Shown here one piece after another: positions 28,766 to 39,379 of a stretch of 64,000 nt of DNA. The stretch's first letter is position 1. Each line of letters opens with the position of its first letter. Source of the stretch: Pseudomonadota bacterium (GTDB lineage: Bacteria; Pseudomonadota; Alphaproteobacteria; Micropepsales; Micropepsaceae); the NCBI GenBank assembly GCA_016201105.1, contig JACQDN010000015.1, forward strand, positions 13,949 to 77,948. The letters run 5' to 3'. The notes beneath the pieces were generated by a model, which was not told where the DNA came from, searched no databases, and worked only from the letters and a program-made list of their open reading frames with translations. The translations under genes were made by a program, and so were the position numbers.

Positions 28766-29014
28766 TTGATGGATTGTTAACTACTTCCCGCTTGCGTCTG
28801 CGAAATCGTCGGGTCCATACTTCGGCCCTGTCGCCGATCGCGACACAAAATCTGGCGGACGAACCCATGAGCGGCGTCCGGGACTGGGCCACATTGGCGC
28901 ATACCCGGCGATGGGAAAACTGTCTCCAAAACGCAGCGATCGGAGGCGCCAGGAAGTCAGGGCCGGAGAGATCAGGCCAGAGCAACGTCAAGAGCAACGT
29001 TAATCGGGGGCATT

Positions 29015-32000
29015 ATGCGTATTCGGCGTCAGTTCACAGTGGAAGGCCGTTCGCCTTACGACGGCATCGCGTTTCGCAATGCGTCGAGCGAGATCCGCAA
29101 TCCGGACGGTTCGGTCGTTTTCAAGCATAGCGATATCGAAGTCCCCGAGGACTGGAGCCAGGTCGCCTGCGATGTGCTGGCGCAGAAATATTTCCGCAAA
29201 GCCGGTATCCCCACCAAACTGAAGGTGGTGCCCGAAGAGGGTGTTCCCGAGTGGCTGTGGCGCAAGGAAGCCGAGGGCCAGGAAACCACCGGTGAGAACT
29301 CCGCCAAGCAGGTGTTCGACCGTCTCGCCGGTACCTGGACCTATTGGGGCTGGAAGGGTGGCTATTTCGACAACGAAGCCGATGCGCGGGCCTTCTACGA
29401 CGAGCATTGCTACATGCTGGCGACGCAAAAGGCGGCGCCCAACTCTCCGCAATGGTTCAACACGGGGCTCCACTGGGCCTATGGCATCGATGGCCCGAGC
29501 CAGGGCCACTACTATGTCGACCATCGCAGCGGGCGCCTGACCAAATCCGCCTCGTCCTACGAGCATCCGCAGCCGCATGCCTGCTTCATCCAGGGCATCC
29601 AGGACGATCTCGTCAACGAAGGCGGCATCATGGATCTGTGGGTGCGCGAAGCGCGCCTCTTCAAATACGGCTCCGGCACCGGCACCAATTTCTCCGCGCT
29701 GCGCGGCGAAAACGAAAAGCTTTCCGGCGGCGGTAAATCTTCGGGCTTGATGAGTTTCCTCAAAATCGGTGATCGCGCCGCCGGCGCCATCAAATCGGGC
29801 GGCACGACGCGCCGAGCCGCCAAGATGGTGATTGTCGATATCGATCATCCTGACATCGAGCAGTTCATCGATTGGAAAGTGATCGAAGAACAGAAGGTCG
29901 CTTCGATGGTGGCGGGCTCCAAGCTCGCCGAGAAACATCTGAAGGCAATCCTCAAGGCCTGCGTGAACTGCGAAGGCGACAACGACGACTGCTTCGATCC
30001 GAAGAAGAACCCGGCGCTGCGCCGCGAGATCAAAGCCGCGCGCAAAAGCATGATCCCGGACAACTACATCGAGCGTGTCGTCTCTTTCGCCAAGCAGGGC
30101 TACAAGGACATCGACTTCAAGGTCTATGACACCGACTGGGATAGCGAAGCCTATCTTTCGGTTTCCGGCCAGAATTCCAACAACTCCGTGCGCGTGACCG
30201 ACGAGTTCCTGCGCGCCGTGCAAAACGACGCCGACTGGAATCTCACCTATCGCGGCAGCCAGAAGATCGCCAAGACCGTGAAGGCGCGCGATTTGTGGGA
30301 GAAGGTCTCCTATTCCGCCTGGGCTTGCGCCGATCCCGGCATTCAGTTCCACACCACGGTCAACGATTGGCACACCTGCCCGGCCGGCGGCCCGATCCGC
30401 GCCTCCAATCCGTGCTCGGAATACATGTTCCTCGACGACACGGCCTGCAATCTCGCCTCGATCAATCTGATGGCGGTGCGCAAGGACGAAAACGGCAAGC
30501 CGGCCTCGAGCAGCGAAGCGGTGGGCCACAGGAATGTGATCGACGTCGCCGCCTTCGAACATGCCGTGCGGCTGTGGACCATCGTGCTGGAAATCTCGGT
30601 GATGATGGCGCAATTCCCCTCCAAGGAAATCGCGCAGCTTTCCTACGACTACCGCACGCTGGGCCTGGGCTACGCCAATATCGGCGGGCTCTTGATGGCG
30701 GCCGGCATTCCCTATGACAGCCGAGAGGGGCGCGCCATCGCCGGGGCCATCTCCGCCGTCATGACGGGCGTCTCCTATGCCACCTCCGCCGAAATGGCAG
30801 GCGAACTTGGTTCCTTTCCGGAATACGGCGCCAACCGCGAACACATGTTGCGCGTGGTGCGCAATCATCGCCGCGCCGCGCATGGCGAAACCATCGGTTA
30901 TGAATCGCTTTCCACCCTGCCCGTTCCGCTCGACCACATCGCCATCAAACAGGCCGAGCTTTCCATCGCGGCCCGCAAGGCCTGGGACGATGCGCTTTCG
31001 ATGGGCGAAGAGTTCGGCTATCGCAACGCGCAGGCCACCGTCATCGCGCCCACTGGCACGATCGGCCTCGTCATGGACTGCGATACCACCGGCGTCGAAC
31101 CCGATTTCGCGCTGGTGAAGTTCAAGAAGCTCGCCGGCGGCGGCTACTTCAAGATCATCAACCGCTGCGTGCCCGAGGCGCTGAGAACGCTCGGTTACGA
31201 TCAGCGCCAGATCGACGACATCGTCGCCTATGCAGTCGGCCATGGCACGCTGGAAGGCTCCAATGCGCTCAGCCACAACGCGCTCAAAGCCAGAGGTTTC
31301 GGCGAAGAGGAAATCGGCAGAATAGAAGCGGCGCTGGAATCCGCGTTCGACATCCGCTTCGTCTTCAACAAATGGACGCTGGGCGAAAAGTTCTGCACCG
31401 AGGTGTTGAAACTCGACGCGGCCCAGCTCGACGCGCCCGATTTCGACATGCTCAAGACGCTGGGTTTTGCGCGCGCCGAGATCGACGCGGCAAACCTGCA
31501 TGTCTGCGGCGCGATGACGCTCGAAAACGCGCCCCATCTGAAAGACGAACATCTGCCGGTGTTCGATTGCGCCAATCCCTGCGGGCGCATAGGAAAGCGT
31601 GCGCTAAGCGTGGAGTCTCACATCCGCATGATGGCGGCGGTCCAGCCGTTCATCTCCGGCGCGATCTCCAAGACCATCAACATGCCGAACGCCGCGACCG
31701 TGAAGGAATGCGGCGAGAGCTACATGCTCTCATGGAAACTGGCGCTGAAGGCCAACGCGCTCTACCGCGACGGCTCCAAGCTTAGCCAGCCGCTGGCGAG
31801 CCAGGTCCTGCAGTTTGACGAGGATGAAGACGAAGTCGAGGAATTTGTGGCCCAGCCGCAAGCGGCGCGCACCACGGTCATCACCGAACGGGTGGTCGAG
31901 AAGGTCATCGAGCGCATCATCGAGCACGAGCGCGAGAAGCTGCCGACGCGCCGCAAGGGCTACACCCAGAAAGCCATCGTCGGCGGCCACAAAGTTTATC

Positions 32001-32812
32001 TGCGCACCGGCGAATATGAAGACGGACGGCCCGGTGAAATCTTCATCGACATGCACAAGGAAGGCGCCGCCTTCCGCTCGCTGATGAACAACTTCGCCAT
32101 CGCCATCTCCATCGGCCTGCAATACGGCGTGCCGCTGGAAGAATTCGTGGAAGCGTTCACCTTCACCCGCTTCGAACCCGCGGGCTTGGTGATCGGCAAC
32201 GACTCCATCAAGAACGCGACCAGCGTGCTCGACTACATCTTCCGCGAACTCGCCGTCTCCTATCTCGGCCGCAACGATCTGGCCCATGTGCAGCCGCATG
32301 CCGACGAAGATCTCGGCGGCGGCATGAACGAAGGCGGCGTGCCAAAGGAAGTGCCGATTGCCCGCTACGCCTCGACCGGCTTTGCCCGCGGCCAGCTCAA
32401 GACGTTCTCGATCTACAAGGGCGGCGCGGCGCCCAAGATGATGGCGGCCGAAGAACACGCACACGATCACGCCCATGATCATGTCGAACATGAAGAAGTT
32501 GAGGAAGTATTCGTCGAGACGGAAGCAAATTTCGAAGCGCAGCTGCGCGAGATCCGAGAAGAAGTGACTGCCGCCGCCACCAATCCGGTCGGCGACATCG
32601 TGGCCGCCATCGGATCAAGCCTCACGGCGCGCGCGGCCGTCGCTTCCGACAAAGCTGGCCGGGCCCGCGAACTTCAAGCCAAACGCGCCGCCGAAGCCCG
32701 CATGAAAGGCTTCGAGGGCGATGCCTGTGGCTCGTGCGGAAACTTCACGCTGGTGCGCAACGGGACGTGCCTCAAGTGCAACACGTGCGGGGGCACGAGC
32801 GGGTGTAGCTAG
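29015..32812 (+). CDS. nrdJ: adenosylcobalamin-dependent (class II) ribonucleotide reductase
   Basis: 1265 aa. Starts [21 protein letters not shown] and carries the active-site region [23 protein letters not shown]-terminal Cys cluster [27 protein letters not shown]. Confidence 0.96.
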   Translation: MRIRRQFTVEGRSPYDGIAFRNASSEIRNPDGSVVFKHSDIEVPEDWSQVACDVLAQKYFRKAGIPTKLKVVPEEGVPEWLWRKEAEGQETTGENSAKQVFDRLAGTWTYWGWKGGYFDNEADARAFYDEHCYMLATQKAAPNSPQWFNTGLHWAYGIDGPSQGHYYVDHRSGRLTKSASSYEHPQPHACFIQGIQDDLVNEGGIMDLWVREARLFKYGSGTGTNFSALRGENEKLSGGGKSSGLMSFLKIGDRAAGAIKSGGTTRRAAKMVIVDIDHPDIEQFIDWKVIEEQKVASMVAGSKLAEKHLKAILKACVNCEGDNDDCFDPKKNPALRREIKAARKSMIPDNYIERVVSFAKQGYKDIDFKVYDTDWDSEAYLSVSGQNSNNSVRVTDEFLRAVQNDADWNLTYRGSQKIAKTVKARDLWEKVSYSAWACADPGIQFHTTVNDWHTCPAGGPIRASNPCSEYMFLDDTACNLASINLMAVRKDENGKPASSSEAVGHRNVIDVAAFEHAVRLWTIVLEISVMMAQFPSKEIAQLSYDYRTLGLGYANIGGLLMAAGIPYDSREGRAIAGAISAVMTGVSYATSAEMAGELGSFPEYGANREHMLRVVRNHRRAAHGETIGYESLSTLPVPLDHIAIKQAELSIAARKAWDDALSMGEEFGYRNAQATVIAPTGTIGLVMDCDTTGVEPDFALVKFKKLAGGGYFKIINRCVPEALRTLGYDQRQIDDIVAYAVGHGTLEGSNALSHNALKARGFGEEEIGRIEAALESAFDIRFVFNKWTLGEKFCTEVLKLDAAQLDAPDFDMLKTLGFARAEIDAANLHVCGAMTLENAPHLKDEHLPVFDCANPCGRIGKRALSVESHIRMMAAVQPFISGAISKTINMPNAATVKECGESYMLSWKLALKANALYRDGSKLSQPLASQVLQFDEDEDEVEEFVAQPQAARTTVITERVVEKVIERIIEHEREKLPTRRKGYTQKAIVGGHKVYLRTGEYEDGRPGEIFIDMHKEGAAFRSLMNNFAIAISIGLQYGVPLEEFVEAFTFTRFEPAGLVIGNDSIKNATSVLDYIFRELAVSYLGRNDLAHVQPHADEDLGGGMNEGGVPKEVPIARYASTGFARGQLKTFSIYKGGAAPKMMAAEEHAHDHAHDHVEHEEVEEVFVETEANFEAQLREIREEVTAAATNPVGDIVAAIGSSLTARAAVASDKAGRARELQAKRAAEARMKGFEGDACGSCGNFTLVRNGTCLKCNTCGGTSGCS

Positions 32813-32817
32813 TTTTT

Positions 32818-33006
32818 GACCTCCCTCGCGGGGAGAACGAAATTGGCGAAGCAAATTTCGGGCGCGATGAACGTCCGACTCGACCCCCCCTCGGGAGGGT
32901 CAAAATTTGCGAGAGCAAATTTCGGGGAGGCCGCCCAACGAGATAGTGCCTTCTACATCCTCCCCGAAAAATCCTACGGATTTTTCGACCCTCCCGGCGG
33001 GAGGGT
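32818..33006. repeat. nested-palindrome intergenic repeat, copy A (degenerate half unit plus one full unit)
   Basis: The full unit (32882-33006) reads GACCCCCCC-TCG-GGAGGGTC, AAAATTTGC-GAGA-GCAAATTTC, GGGGAGG, a 28-nt centre, CCTCCCC, GAAAAATCC-TAC-GGATTTTTC, GACCCTCCC-GGCG-GGAGGGT. The half unit (32818-32862) reads GACCTCCC..GGGGAG..GAAATTGGCGAAGCAAATTTCGG. Confidence 0.8.
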
Positions 33007-33032
33007 AGGTCTGATCCCGGTTCGCCGTGCCA

Positions 33033-33497
33033 CTACGCTCTGTCAACGCGGCAGGCGTAGCAGCCGCGCCGGGCGTAGTGGACGTGGACGTAATCGGTGT
33101 CGGCGCGGGCGAAGAGCCGCTCCAGCGCAGGCTTGATCGCCGTGCCCTCGGCCACATCGGCCTCCACGATCAAATCCTGGCCGTCATAGGCGCGCAGCGA
33201 CAGCAGCCGGCTGCGCAGGACTTCCGGCACGTCCGTTCCGTCGAACGCCTCGCCGGCGCGCTCGCGCACGAAGATGGGACCCGAGGCGCGATAGGGCGAA
33301 TGGGCCGGCTGGTGCCGATAGGGGAGCAACAAAACCCGCTCGCCAGGCTCGGCGTCTTCCAGCGTCACGCGGCACGGAAAGCCCGGCTTCTCGTCCGCCA
33401 CATACCGGCGCATATCCTGGCTGGCGAGTTCTTCGTCCGAGAGCGCGAACAGCGGCGCGAACGGCGCCACAGATAGTCCTTTGAAGCGGAATGACAC
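33033..33497 (-). CDS. DUF1203 domain protein
   Basis: 154 aa. PGFPCRVTLEDAEPGERVLLLPYRHQPAHSPYRASGPIFVRE...HVHYARRGCYACRVDRA is typical of DUF1203. Confidence 0.85.
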   Translation of the reverse strand: MSFRFKGLSVAPFAPLFALSDEELASQDMRRYVADEKPGFPCRVTLEDAEPGERVLLLPYRHQPAHSPYRASGPIFVRERAGEAFDGTDVPEVLRSRLLSLRAYDGQDLIVEADVAEGTAIKPALERLFARADTDYVHVHYARRGCYACRVDRA

Positions 33498-33628
33498 GAG
33501 GGCCTCCTTGAGGGCGTTTCACGGCTCTTCTCCCGCCTTCGGCCCAGTCTCTCCACCCGTTTCTTGCTCGGCGCAGGCCGGCGGCTTTTGCAGTAGTTTT
33601 CAGTGCCCGATTCCGTGAGGAGAGTTCC

Positions 33629-34162
33629 ATGAACCCATACGCCGCCGTCACGCACCGCCTTCACGATGCCGAGCACAAACTTTTGGAAGAGCTTCGCGCC
33701 ATCCGCCGCCCGGCCCGCGCAAAGGCCGCCGAGGCCGCGCAGGCGAAGGATCGCCTCACCCTCGGGCAGAAGGTGGCCGATACGGTCGCCGCCACGATGG
33801 GCTCATGGCGCTTCATCATCATCCAGTCAGGCATCCTGCTGCTGTGGATTGCGCTGAACATCACGGCCTATATCCAGCACTGGGATCCCTACCCGTTCAT
33901 CCTGCTCAATCTGGCGCTCTCGTTTCAGGCCGCCTATGCCGCGCCCTTCATCATGATGAGCCAGAACCGCCAGCAGGACATCGATCGCAAGGCCGCCGAG
34001 AACGACTACAAGATCAACATCAAGGCCGAGCTTGAGATCGAGTTGCTGCACCAGAAAATCGACGGCTTGCGGGAAACCGAAGTGGTCAACCTCACCCAGT
34101 CGGTGCGCGAACTGGTCGAGATGTTGCGCCTTTCCAAGTCGGGGCCTGCCGCTTCGGCTTAA
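33629..34162 (+). CDS. DUF1003 domain membrane protein
   Basis: GSWRFIIIQSGILLLWIALN...DPYPFILLNLALSFQAAYAAPFIMMSQNRQ...DYKINIKAELEI. Confidence 0.85.
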   Translation: MNPYAAVTHRLHDAEHKLLEELRAIRRPARAKAAEAAQAKDRLTLGQKVADTVAATMGSWRFIIIQSGILLLWIALNITAYIQHWDPYPFILLNLALSFQAAYAAPFIMMSQNRQQDIDRKAAENDYKINIKAELEIELLHQKIDGLRETEVVNLTQSVRELVEMLRLSKSGPAASA

Positions 34163-34290
34163 GTGCCCCATGGCGTGACCCAAAACCGGACGCTGGGCCG
34201 GTTTCCCAATGTCTCAAACGGCGAGAAAGAGGACGGCATAGAGTTTGCGGCGAACGGGGCGGACGTACCGAACCGAGACAGGAAGCCCCC

Positions 34291-34737
34291 ATGATGTACC
34301 TGCTCGCTTATTTCCTGACCTTCACGCCGGCGCCTCCTGCGTCGCTGTCGCCCAACCCGGCGGCCGTCGCCTCCATCAAGGCCGGTCATCACGATTGCCC
34401 GGCTTGCGATCTACGCGGCGCCGATCTCAGCAATCAATGCGTGAAGCAAGGCAATCTCGAAGGCGCGGCATTCGACGGCGCCAAGCTCTTCATGACGTGC
34501 ATGTCCTATGCGGACTTCAAAAACGCCTCGTTCCGCCAGACCGATCTGGGCGGCGCCAATCTCGCGCACGCCGATCTCGACGGCGCGGACCTGACGGGCG
34601 CCGATCTTTCCATCGCCTCCATCAAGGGCACGGACCTCACCAAAGCGCACGGCCTTACGCAGAAACAGCTCGATGCGGCCTGTGGCGACGCTGAGACGAA
34701 AGTGCCCGCAGGGATGAAGGTGCATTTCTGCAGCTGA
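34291..34737 (+). CDS. pentapeptide repeat protein with hydrophobic N-terminus
   Basis: A run of A(D/N)LxG-type pentapeptides (ADLSN QCVKQ GNLEG AAFDG ... ANLAH ADLDG ADLTG ADLSI). AGGAAG lies upstream of the ATG. Confidence 0.8.
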   Translation: MMYLLAYFLTFTPAPPASLSPNPAAVASIKAGHHDCPACDLRGADLSNQCVKQGNLEGAAFDGAKLFMTCMSYADFKNASFRQTDLGGANLAHADLDGADLTGADLSIASIKGTDLTKAHGLTQKQLDAACGDAETKVPAGMKVHFCS

Positions 34738-34871
34738 GTTTCGCTGACTGATTTCGTGGCCGCTTCAGACACGGCCATGCCTCCCAAGACGCCACCTTGA
34801 GCCCTCATCCGCGGATGTACCGGACGGGGGTTTTTCTTTATCTGTTGTGTCGGCTCTTGGCACCAAAGGTC

Positions 34872-35624
34872 ATGCGTAAGCTCGGCATTCTGTTTGCGTT
34901 GTGGGCGCTGGCGGCAACGCCCTCTCAAGGAGACAGCGAAGCCACGCCGCCGTGTTCCCCTCACATGTTTGAAGGAAGTTCCTTCGCGGTCTGCGCTTTC
35001 GATTCCCGGAGCGAAATTCTGCAGCTTGCCGAATTCAACCGGAAGAACGTGCCCCTCCGCAGCTTCGCCAACCTGTCCAAAGAACTCGGCGTCGACGAAA
35101 AGCGAGTTCGTTTCGCGATGAATGCCGGCATGTTCGGCACAAACGGCATTCCGATCGGGCTCTATGTGGAAGGCAGCAGGATGAGGCACGCGCTCAACAG
35201 GCGGACGGCCAGCGGCAACTTCTATATGAAGCCGAACGGCGTATTCTCGCTCGGTGCCGACAAGACGGTTCGCGTAGAAACGACCGAAGCCTTTTCTTCC
35301 CGCGCGGCCGCGCCGTTATGGGCAACGCAATCCGGACCTATGCTGGTCATCGCAGGCGCGCTGCATCCGCAGATCACGCCCGACGGTTCCTCGCGCTTCA
35401 TTCGCAACGGGGTTGGCATTCGCGATGCACATACCGCGCTATTCGTGATCAGCGACGAGCCGGTCTCGTTTGGCAAGCTGGCGCGCTTTCTCAGAGACGG
35501 GCTCAAATGCAAGAATGCACTCTATCTCGACGGCGCGATTTCGAGCCTTTGGGTGCCTTCTCAGAACCGTCAGGACGACGGCGCCCCACTCGGCCCGATA
35601 GTCGTCGTTATGGTCCGCAACTAG
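34872..35624 (+). CDS. phosphodiester glycosidase (DUF2233) family secreted protein
   Basis: Trimmed to ATG 34872, which gives the signal peptide MRKLGILFALWALAATPSQG. NAGMFGTNGIPIGLYVEG...NGVGIRDAHTALFVISDEPVSFGKLARF...ALYLDGAISSL. Confidence 0.8.
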   Translation: MRKLGILFALWALAATPSQGDSEATPPCSPHMFEGSSFAVCAFDSRSEILQLAEFNRKNVPLRSFANLSKELGVDEKRVRFAMNAGMFGTNGIPIGLYVEGSRMRHALNRRTASGNFYMKPNGVFSLGADKTVRVETTEAFSSRAAAPLWATQSGPMLVIAGALHPQITPDGSSRFIRNGVGIRDAHTALFVISDEPVSFGKLARFLRDGLKCKNALYLDGAISSLWVPSQNRQDDGAPLGPIVVVMVRN

Positions 35625-35646
35625 AGCGGAATTGTCGGTCGCAGGG

Positions 35647-36048
35647 CTATCGAGAAATATTGCAAACGCTTTCGAGCAATTGATTTTTTACGTGATACCA
35701 CAGGTGCATCATCCCACAGCCCCCATCAGCGGTGATTGGTAGTTGTTGCATCGTGACGATGTGAACGCCGGGGCTTTCGCCGTAACTCAGTATCAGAACC
35801 CCCACGACAATCCTTTCGCCGTCCAATGTCTCACCTGCATAATAGCGAGCATACTGGTCGAGTGGATCCTCCGCGCGGACGAAATTCCCGCCAATATCAG
35901 TCAGGCTGCCGTCGGTCATCGTTGGTCGAAACTTCGTTTCGATTTGTGCAACAAGAGTGAGATCTGGCGTCCAACCGCCGACATCCGCGCTCGCGGAACC
36001 AACGCCAAACGCAATCAAGAACAGACCAGCCAGAAGCTTCTTGCTCAT
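35647..36048 (-). CDS. hypothetical secreted protein (no family recognised)
   Basis: 133 aa with the signal peptide MSKKLLAGLFLIAFGVGSASA. The DNA is visibly more A/T-rich than its neighbours. It starts 5 nt downstream of the gcvPB stop on the same strand. Confidence 0.6.
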   Translation of the reverse strand: MSKKLLAGLFLIAFGVGSASADVGGWTPDLTLVAQIETKFRPTMTDGSLTDIGGNFVRAEDPLDQYARYYAGETLDGERIVVGVLILSYGESPGVHIVTMQQLPITADGGCGMMHLWYHVKNQLLESVCNISR

Positions 36049-36053
36049 TGGTC

Positions 36054-37622
36054 TTACTCCGCCGCTTGCGGCAACTCCTTCGGTTTCCAGCGCAGGATCG
36101 GTTTGCGCGCGGCCGCCGTCTCGTCCAGACGCCGGCGCGGCGCCAAGCGCGGCGCGCCTGCGAAGCGCGTGGTTTTTCCGGCTTTGGCTTCCAGCGCCAT
36201 TTCGCGCAGCACGTGGATGAAGCGGTCGACGGATTCCTTGGATTCGGATTCCGTGGGTTCGATCAGCATCGCGCCGTGCACCACCAGCGGGAAATACATC
36301 GTCATGGGGTGATAGCCCTCGTCGATCATCGCCTTGGCGAAATCAAGCGTGGTGACGCCGGTGCCTTCGAGGAAGGAATCGTCGAACAGAGCCTCGTGCA
36401 TGCAGGGGCCTTCGCCGAAGGGCGCGCTCATCACGTCCTTGAGCGAAGCGAGGATGTAATTCGCCGACAACACGGCATCCTCGCTCGCCTGGCGGATGCC
36501 GTCGGCGCCGTGGCTCAGCATGTAGGTGAGCGCGCGCACAAACATGCCCATCTGGCCGTGGAAGGCGCACATGCGGCCGAACGGTTTGGCGCCGTGGGGC
36601 AGTGTCTCGCGATCCTCGATGAAGCGGAATTCGCTGCCGTCATGGGTGATGAGCGGCAGCGGCGCGAACGGCGCCAGCGCCGCTGACAGCACCACCGGAC
36701 CTGCGCCCGGTCCACCGCCGCCATGCGGCGTGGAGAACGTCTTGTGCAGGTTGATGTGCATGGCGTCGACGCCGAGATCGCCCGGGCGCACCCGTCCCGC
36801 GATGGCGTTGAAGTTGGCGCCGTCGCAATAGAAATAGGCGCCGGCCTTGTGCACGGCGTCCGCCATCTCCTTGATCCGCGGCTCGAACAGTCCGCAGGTG
36901 TTGGGATTGGTGAGCATGATGGCCGCGACATCGGGGCCGAGTTTGGCCTCGAGCGCATCGGCATCCACATGTCCGTCCGGCGTCGCGGGCACTTCGTCGA
37001 CGGTGAAGCCCGCCATAGCCGCCGTCGCCGGATTGGTGCCGTGGGCGGACTCAGGAACCAGAATACGCGGGCGGGTCTCTCCTCGCGCGTGGATCGCGGC
37101 GCGGATCGCGAGCATGCCGCACAGTTCGCCATGGGCACCCGCTTTCGGCGACATGGCGACGGCGGGCATTCCGGTCAGCACCATCAGCCAGCGCATCAGA
37201 TCGGAGATCAGCTGCAGAGCGCCCTGCACCGTCTGCTCCGGCTGCAGGGGATGGGTGTCGCCGAAGCCGGGCAACCGCGCCATTTTCTCGTTGAGGCGCG
37301 GATTGTGCTTCATGGTGCAGGAGCCGAGCGGGTAGAGCCCGGCATCGATCGCGCAGTTCATCCGGGAAAGGCGCACGTAGTGGCGCACGACTTCGGGCTC
37401 GGAGAGACCGGGCAGACCGATCGGTCCGCGCCGGCGCAAACCGCCAAGATGCGTGTCGCTCACCTGCACTTCGGGAATGTCGACGCCGGTCATGCCGGAG
37501 CGGCCCAGTTCGAAGATCAACGGCTCTTCGTGATCTAACCCGCGATCACCTGAAATGGTCGGCAATTCGCTCTCTTCCACCGTACCCGGCGCCGTGGGAC
37601 GTCCCTGATTGTTCATGGTCAT
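36054..37622 (-). CDS. gcvPB: glycine dehydrogenase (decarboxylating) subunit 2
   Basis: 522 aa. Contains the PLP-Lys region [17 protein letters not shown]. 4-nt overlap with gcvPA. Confidence 0.96.
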   Translation of the reverse strand: MTMNNQGRPTAPGTVEESELPTISGDRGLDHEEPLIFELGRSGMTGVDIPEVQVSDTHLGGLRRRGPIGLPGLSEPEVVRHYVRLSRMNCAIDAGLYPLGSCTMKHNPRLNEKMARLPGFGDTHPLQPEQTVQGALQLISDLMRWLMVLTGMPAVAMSPKAGAHGELCGMLAIRAAIHARGETRPRILVPESAHGTNPATAAMAGFTVDEVPATPDGHVDADALEAKLGPDVAAIMLTNPNTCGLFEPRIKEMADAVHKAGAYFYCDGANFNAIAGRVRPGDLGVDAMHINLHKTFSTPHGGGGPGAGPVVLSAALAPFAPLPLITHDGSEFRFIEDRETLPHGAKPFGRMCAFHGQMGMFVRALTYMLSHGADGIRQASEDAVLSANYILASLKDVMSAPFGEGPCMHEALFDDSFLEGTGVTTLDFAKAMIDEGYHPMTMYFPLVVHGAMLIEPTESESKESVDRFIHVLREMALEAKAGKTTRFAGAPRLAPRRRLDETAAARKPILRWKPKELPQAAE

Positions 37623-38965
37623 TGCACAGCCCTCCCCAGCGCATGGACAAGGGCGTCGCAGTCTTCGTCGCTAACGGTCTCGGTGACGGCAACGATGAGA
37701 AAGTTTCGCGCAGCATGGTCATGCGGCATCAGCCGCGAAGCGGGCACGCCGGCGATGATGCCTTTGTCGACCAGCGCATCGACAACGCTCGCCGCTGGTT
37801 TTGGCAGTTCGAGGGTGAATTCGTTGAAGAAGTTTGGTGTGATCAACGACACACCATTCAGATCGGCGAGCCGCTCTGCCAGGGCTGCCGCTTTTGCGTG
37901 ATTGGCGCGGGCAAGCCGGGTGAAGCCCTCTTCACCCAGCAGCGAAAGATGGATGGTGAAGGCGAGACAGCAGAGACCGGAATTGGTGCAGATATTGCTC
38001 GTCGCCTTCTCGCGGCGGATATGCTGCTCGCGGGTGGAAAGTGTCAGCACATAGCCGCGCTTGCCGGAGGCGTCCGCGGTTTCGCCGGAGAGCCGCCCCG
38101 GCATCTGACGGATGAATTTCTCGCGCGTCGCGAACAGGCCGACATAAGGCCCCCCGAAATTGAGGCCGTTGCCGATGGATTGCCCTTCGGCGGCCACGAT
38201 GTCCGCACCCTGCGCGCCGGGAGATTCCAGAAGGCCCAGTGACACCACTTCGGTGATGACGGCAATCAACAGCGCGCCCTTGGCGTGCGCGGCCGCCGCA
38301 ATGGGGCGAAGGTTGCGGATGAGACCGAACACGTCCGGGCTCTGCACGACGACACAGGCCGTCTCATCGTCGATCAGGGCTTCGATGTCCTCGGTGTTGC
38401 CCGGCGTGACCGGTGTGCGAACGACCCGACCCGAAAGTCCGGCGACAGTCTCGACGGTCTCGGCATAGTGCGGATGCAATCCGCCGGAGAGGATTGCTTT
38501 GCTGCGGCGTGTGACGCGCTGGGCCATCAACACGGCTTCGGCCGTGGCCGTCGATCCGTCATAGAGCGAAGCATTCGCCACCTCCATGCCGGTGAGCAGC
38601 GCGACCTGGGTCTGGAATTCGAAGAGATATTGCAGCGTGCCTTGCGCGATTTCCGGCTGATATGGCGTGTAGGAGGTGAGGAACTCCGAACGCTGAATCA
38701 GATGATCCACCGCCGCCGGCACGTGATGTCTGTAGGCACCGGCCCCGCAGAAGAACGGCACCGAGCCGGCGGACACATTCTTGGCCGCCATGCGCGAGAG
38801 GGCGCGTTCGACTTCGAGTTCGCCTTGGGTGTCGGGCAGGTCGAACGCGCTGCGTCCCACAATCGCCGCCTTGGGCACATCGCGGAACAGGGCATCGATA
38901 TCGCGCGCGCCGATCTTGTTCAGCATTGCGGCGCGATCGTCTTTTGTCAGGGGGAGATAACGCAT
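37619..38965 (-). CDS. gcvPA: glycine dehydrogenase (decarboxylating) subunit 1
   Basis: 448 aa. [19 protein letters not shown]...[15 protein letters not shown]. Confidence 0.96.
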   Translation of the reverse strand: MRYLPLTKDDRAAMLNKIGARDIDALFRDVPKAAIVGRSAFDLPDTQGELEVERALSRMAAKNVSAGSVPFFCGAGAYRHHVPAAVDHLIQRSEFLTSYTPYQPEIAQGTLQYLFEFQTQVALLTGMEVANASLYDGSTATAEAVLMAQRVTRRSKAILSGGLHPHYAETVETVAGLSGRVVRTPVTPGNTEDIEALIDDETACVVVQSPDVFGLIRNLRPIAAAAHAKGALLIAVITEVVSLGLLESPGAQGADIVAAEGQSIGNGLNFGGPYVGLFATREKFIRQMPGRLSGETADASGKRGYVLTLSTREQHIRREKATSNICTNSGLCCLAFTIHLSLLGEEGFTRLARANHAKAAALAERLADLNGVSLITPNFFNEFTLELPKPAASVVDALVDKGIIAGVPASRLMPHDHAARNFLIVAVTETVSDEDCDALVHALGRAVQ

Positions 38966-38968
38966 GGC

Positions 38969-39343
38969 TTAGAGACCCTTCACGAACGCGTCGTATTGCG
39001 CCTTGGTCATCAGCTTGGCGACCTCGCCGGCATTGGCGATCTTGAGCTTGAAGAACCAGCCCTCGCCTTCGGGATCGGCATTGACCTTGGCGGGGTCTTC
39101 GCCGAGTGCGGGGTTCGCCGCCGTCACTTCGCCGCCGATGGGGGCGTAGACTTCGCTCGCCGCCTTCACGCTTTCGACGACGGCGGCTTCACCGCCCTGG
39201 CCGACTTTGCGCCCCGCTTCGGGCAATTCGACATAGACGACGTCGCCCAATTGTTCAGCAGCATATTTGGTGATGCCAATCGTCGCGGTATCGCCGTCGA
39301 TGCGCACCCATTCGTGCTGGTCGGTGAAACGGACTTCGCTCAT
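38969..39343 (-). CDS. gcvH: glycine cleavage system H protein
   Basis: Trimmed to ATG 39343 ([17 protein letters not shown]). Lipoyl-lysine motif [11 protein letters not shown]. Confidence 0.95.
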   Translation of the reverse strand: MSEVRFTDQHEWVRIDGDTATIGITKYAAEQLGDVVYVELPEAGRKVGQGGEAAVVESVKAASEVYAPIGGEVTAANPALGEDPAKVNADPEGEGWFFKLKIANAGEVAKLMTKAQYDAFVKGL

Positions 39344-39379
39344 GAAAAACCCCACATGGTTGAATTCAGCCAAATCACT

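Noticed and set aside
28850-28990. Possible cobalamin riboswitch in the nrdJ leader (AGTCAGG resembles the start of a B12 box)
   Set aside because: The rest of the B12 box and the other conserved cores are absent. B12 repression of a B12-dependent reductase would also make little biological sense.
29000-31552. 850-aa minus-strand ORF opposite nrdJ; likewise 7781..9613 opposite mrcA, 38285..40006 opposite gcvPA/gcvT, 21067..22719 opposite accBC and 48339..49793 opposite the EAL gene
   Set aside because: All lie antisense to strongly supported genes and have Arg/His/Gly-biased junk composition. I saw no independent evidence of coding.
32816-33136. Short ORFs inside the repeat elements (32816..33136 +, 40975..41163 +, 45992..46207 -, start of 46142..46756 +) sharing peptides such as GGSKFA..ANFGE
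   Set aside because: The shared peptides are simply translations of the repeated palindromic DNA, and they occur in different frames and strands. There are no start-site signals. The stems vary by compensatory changes, not by synonymous changes.
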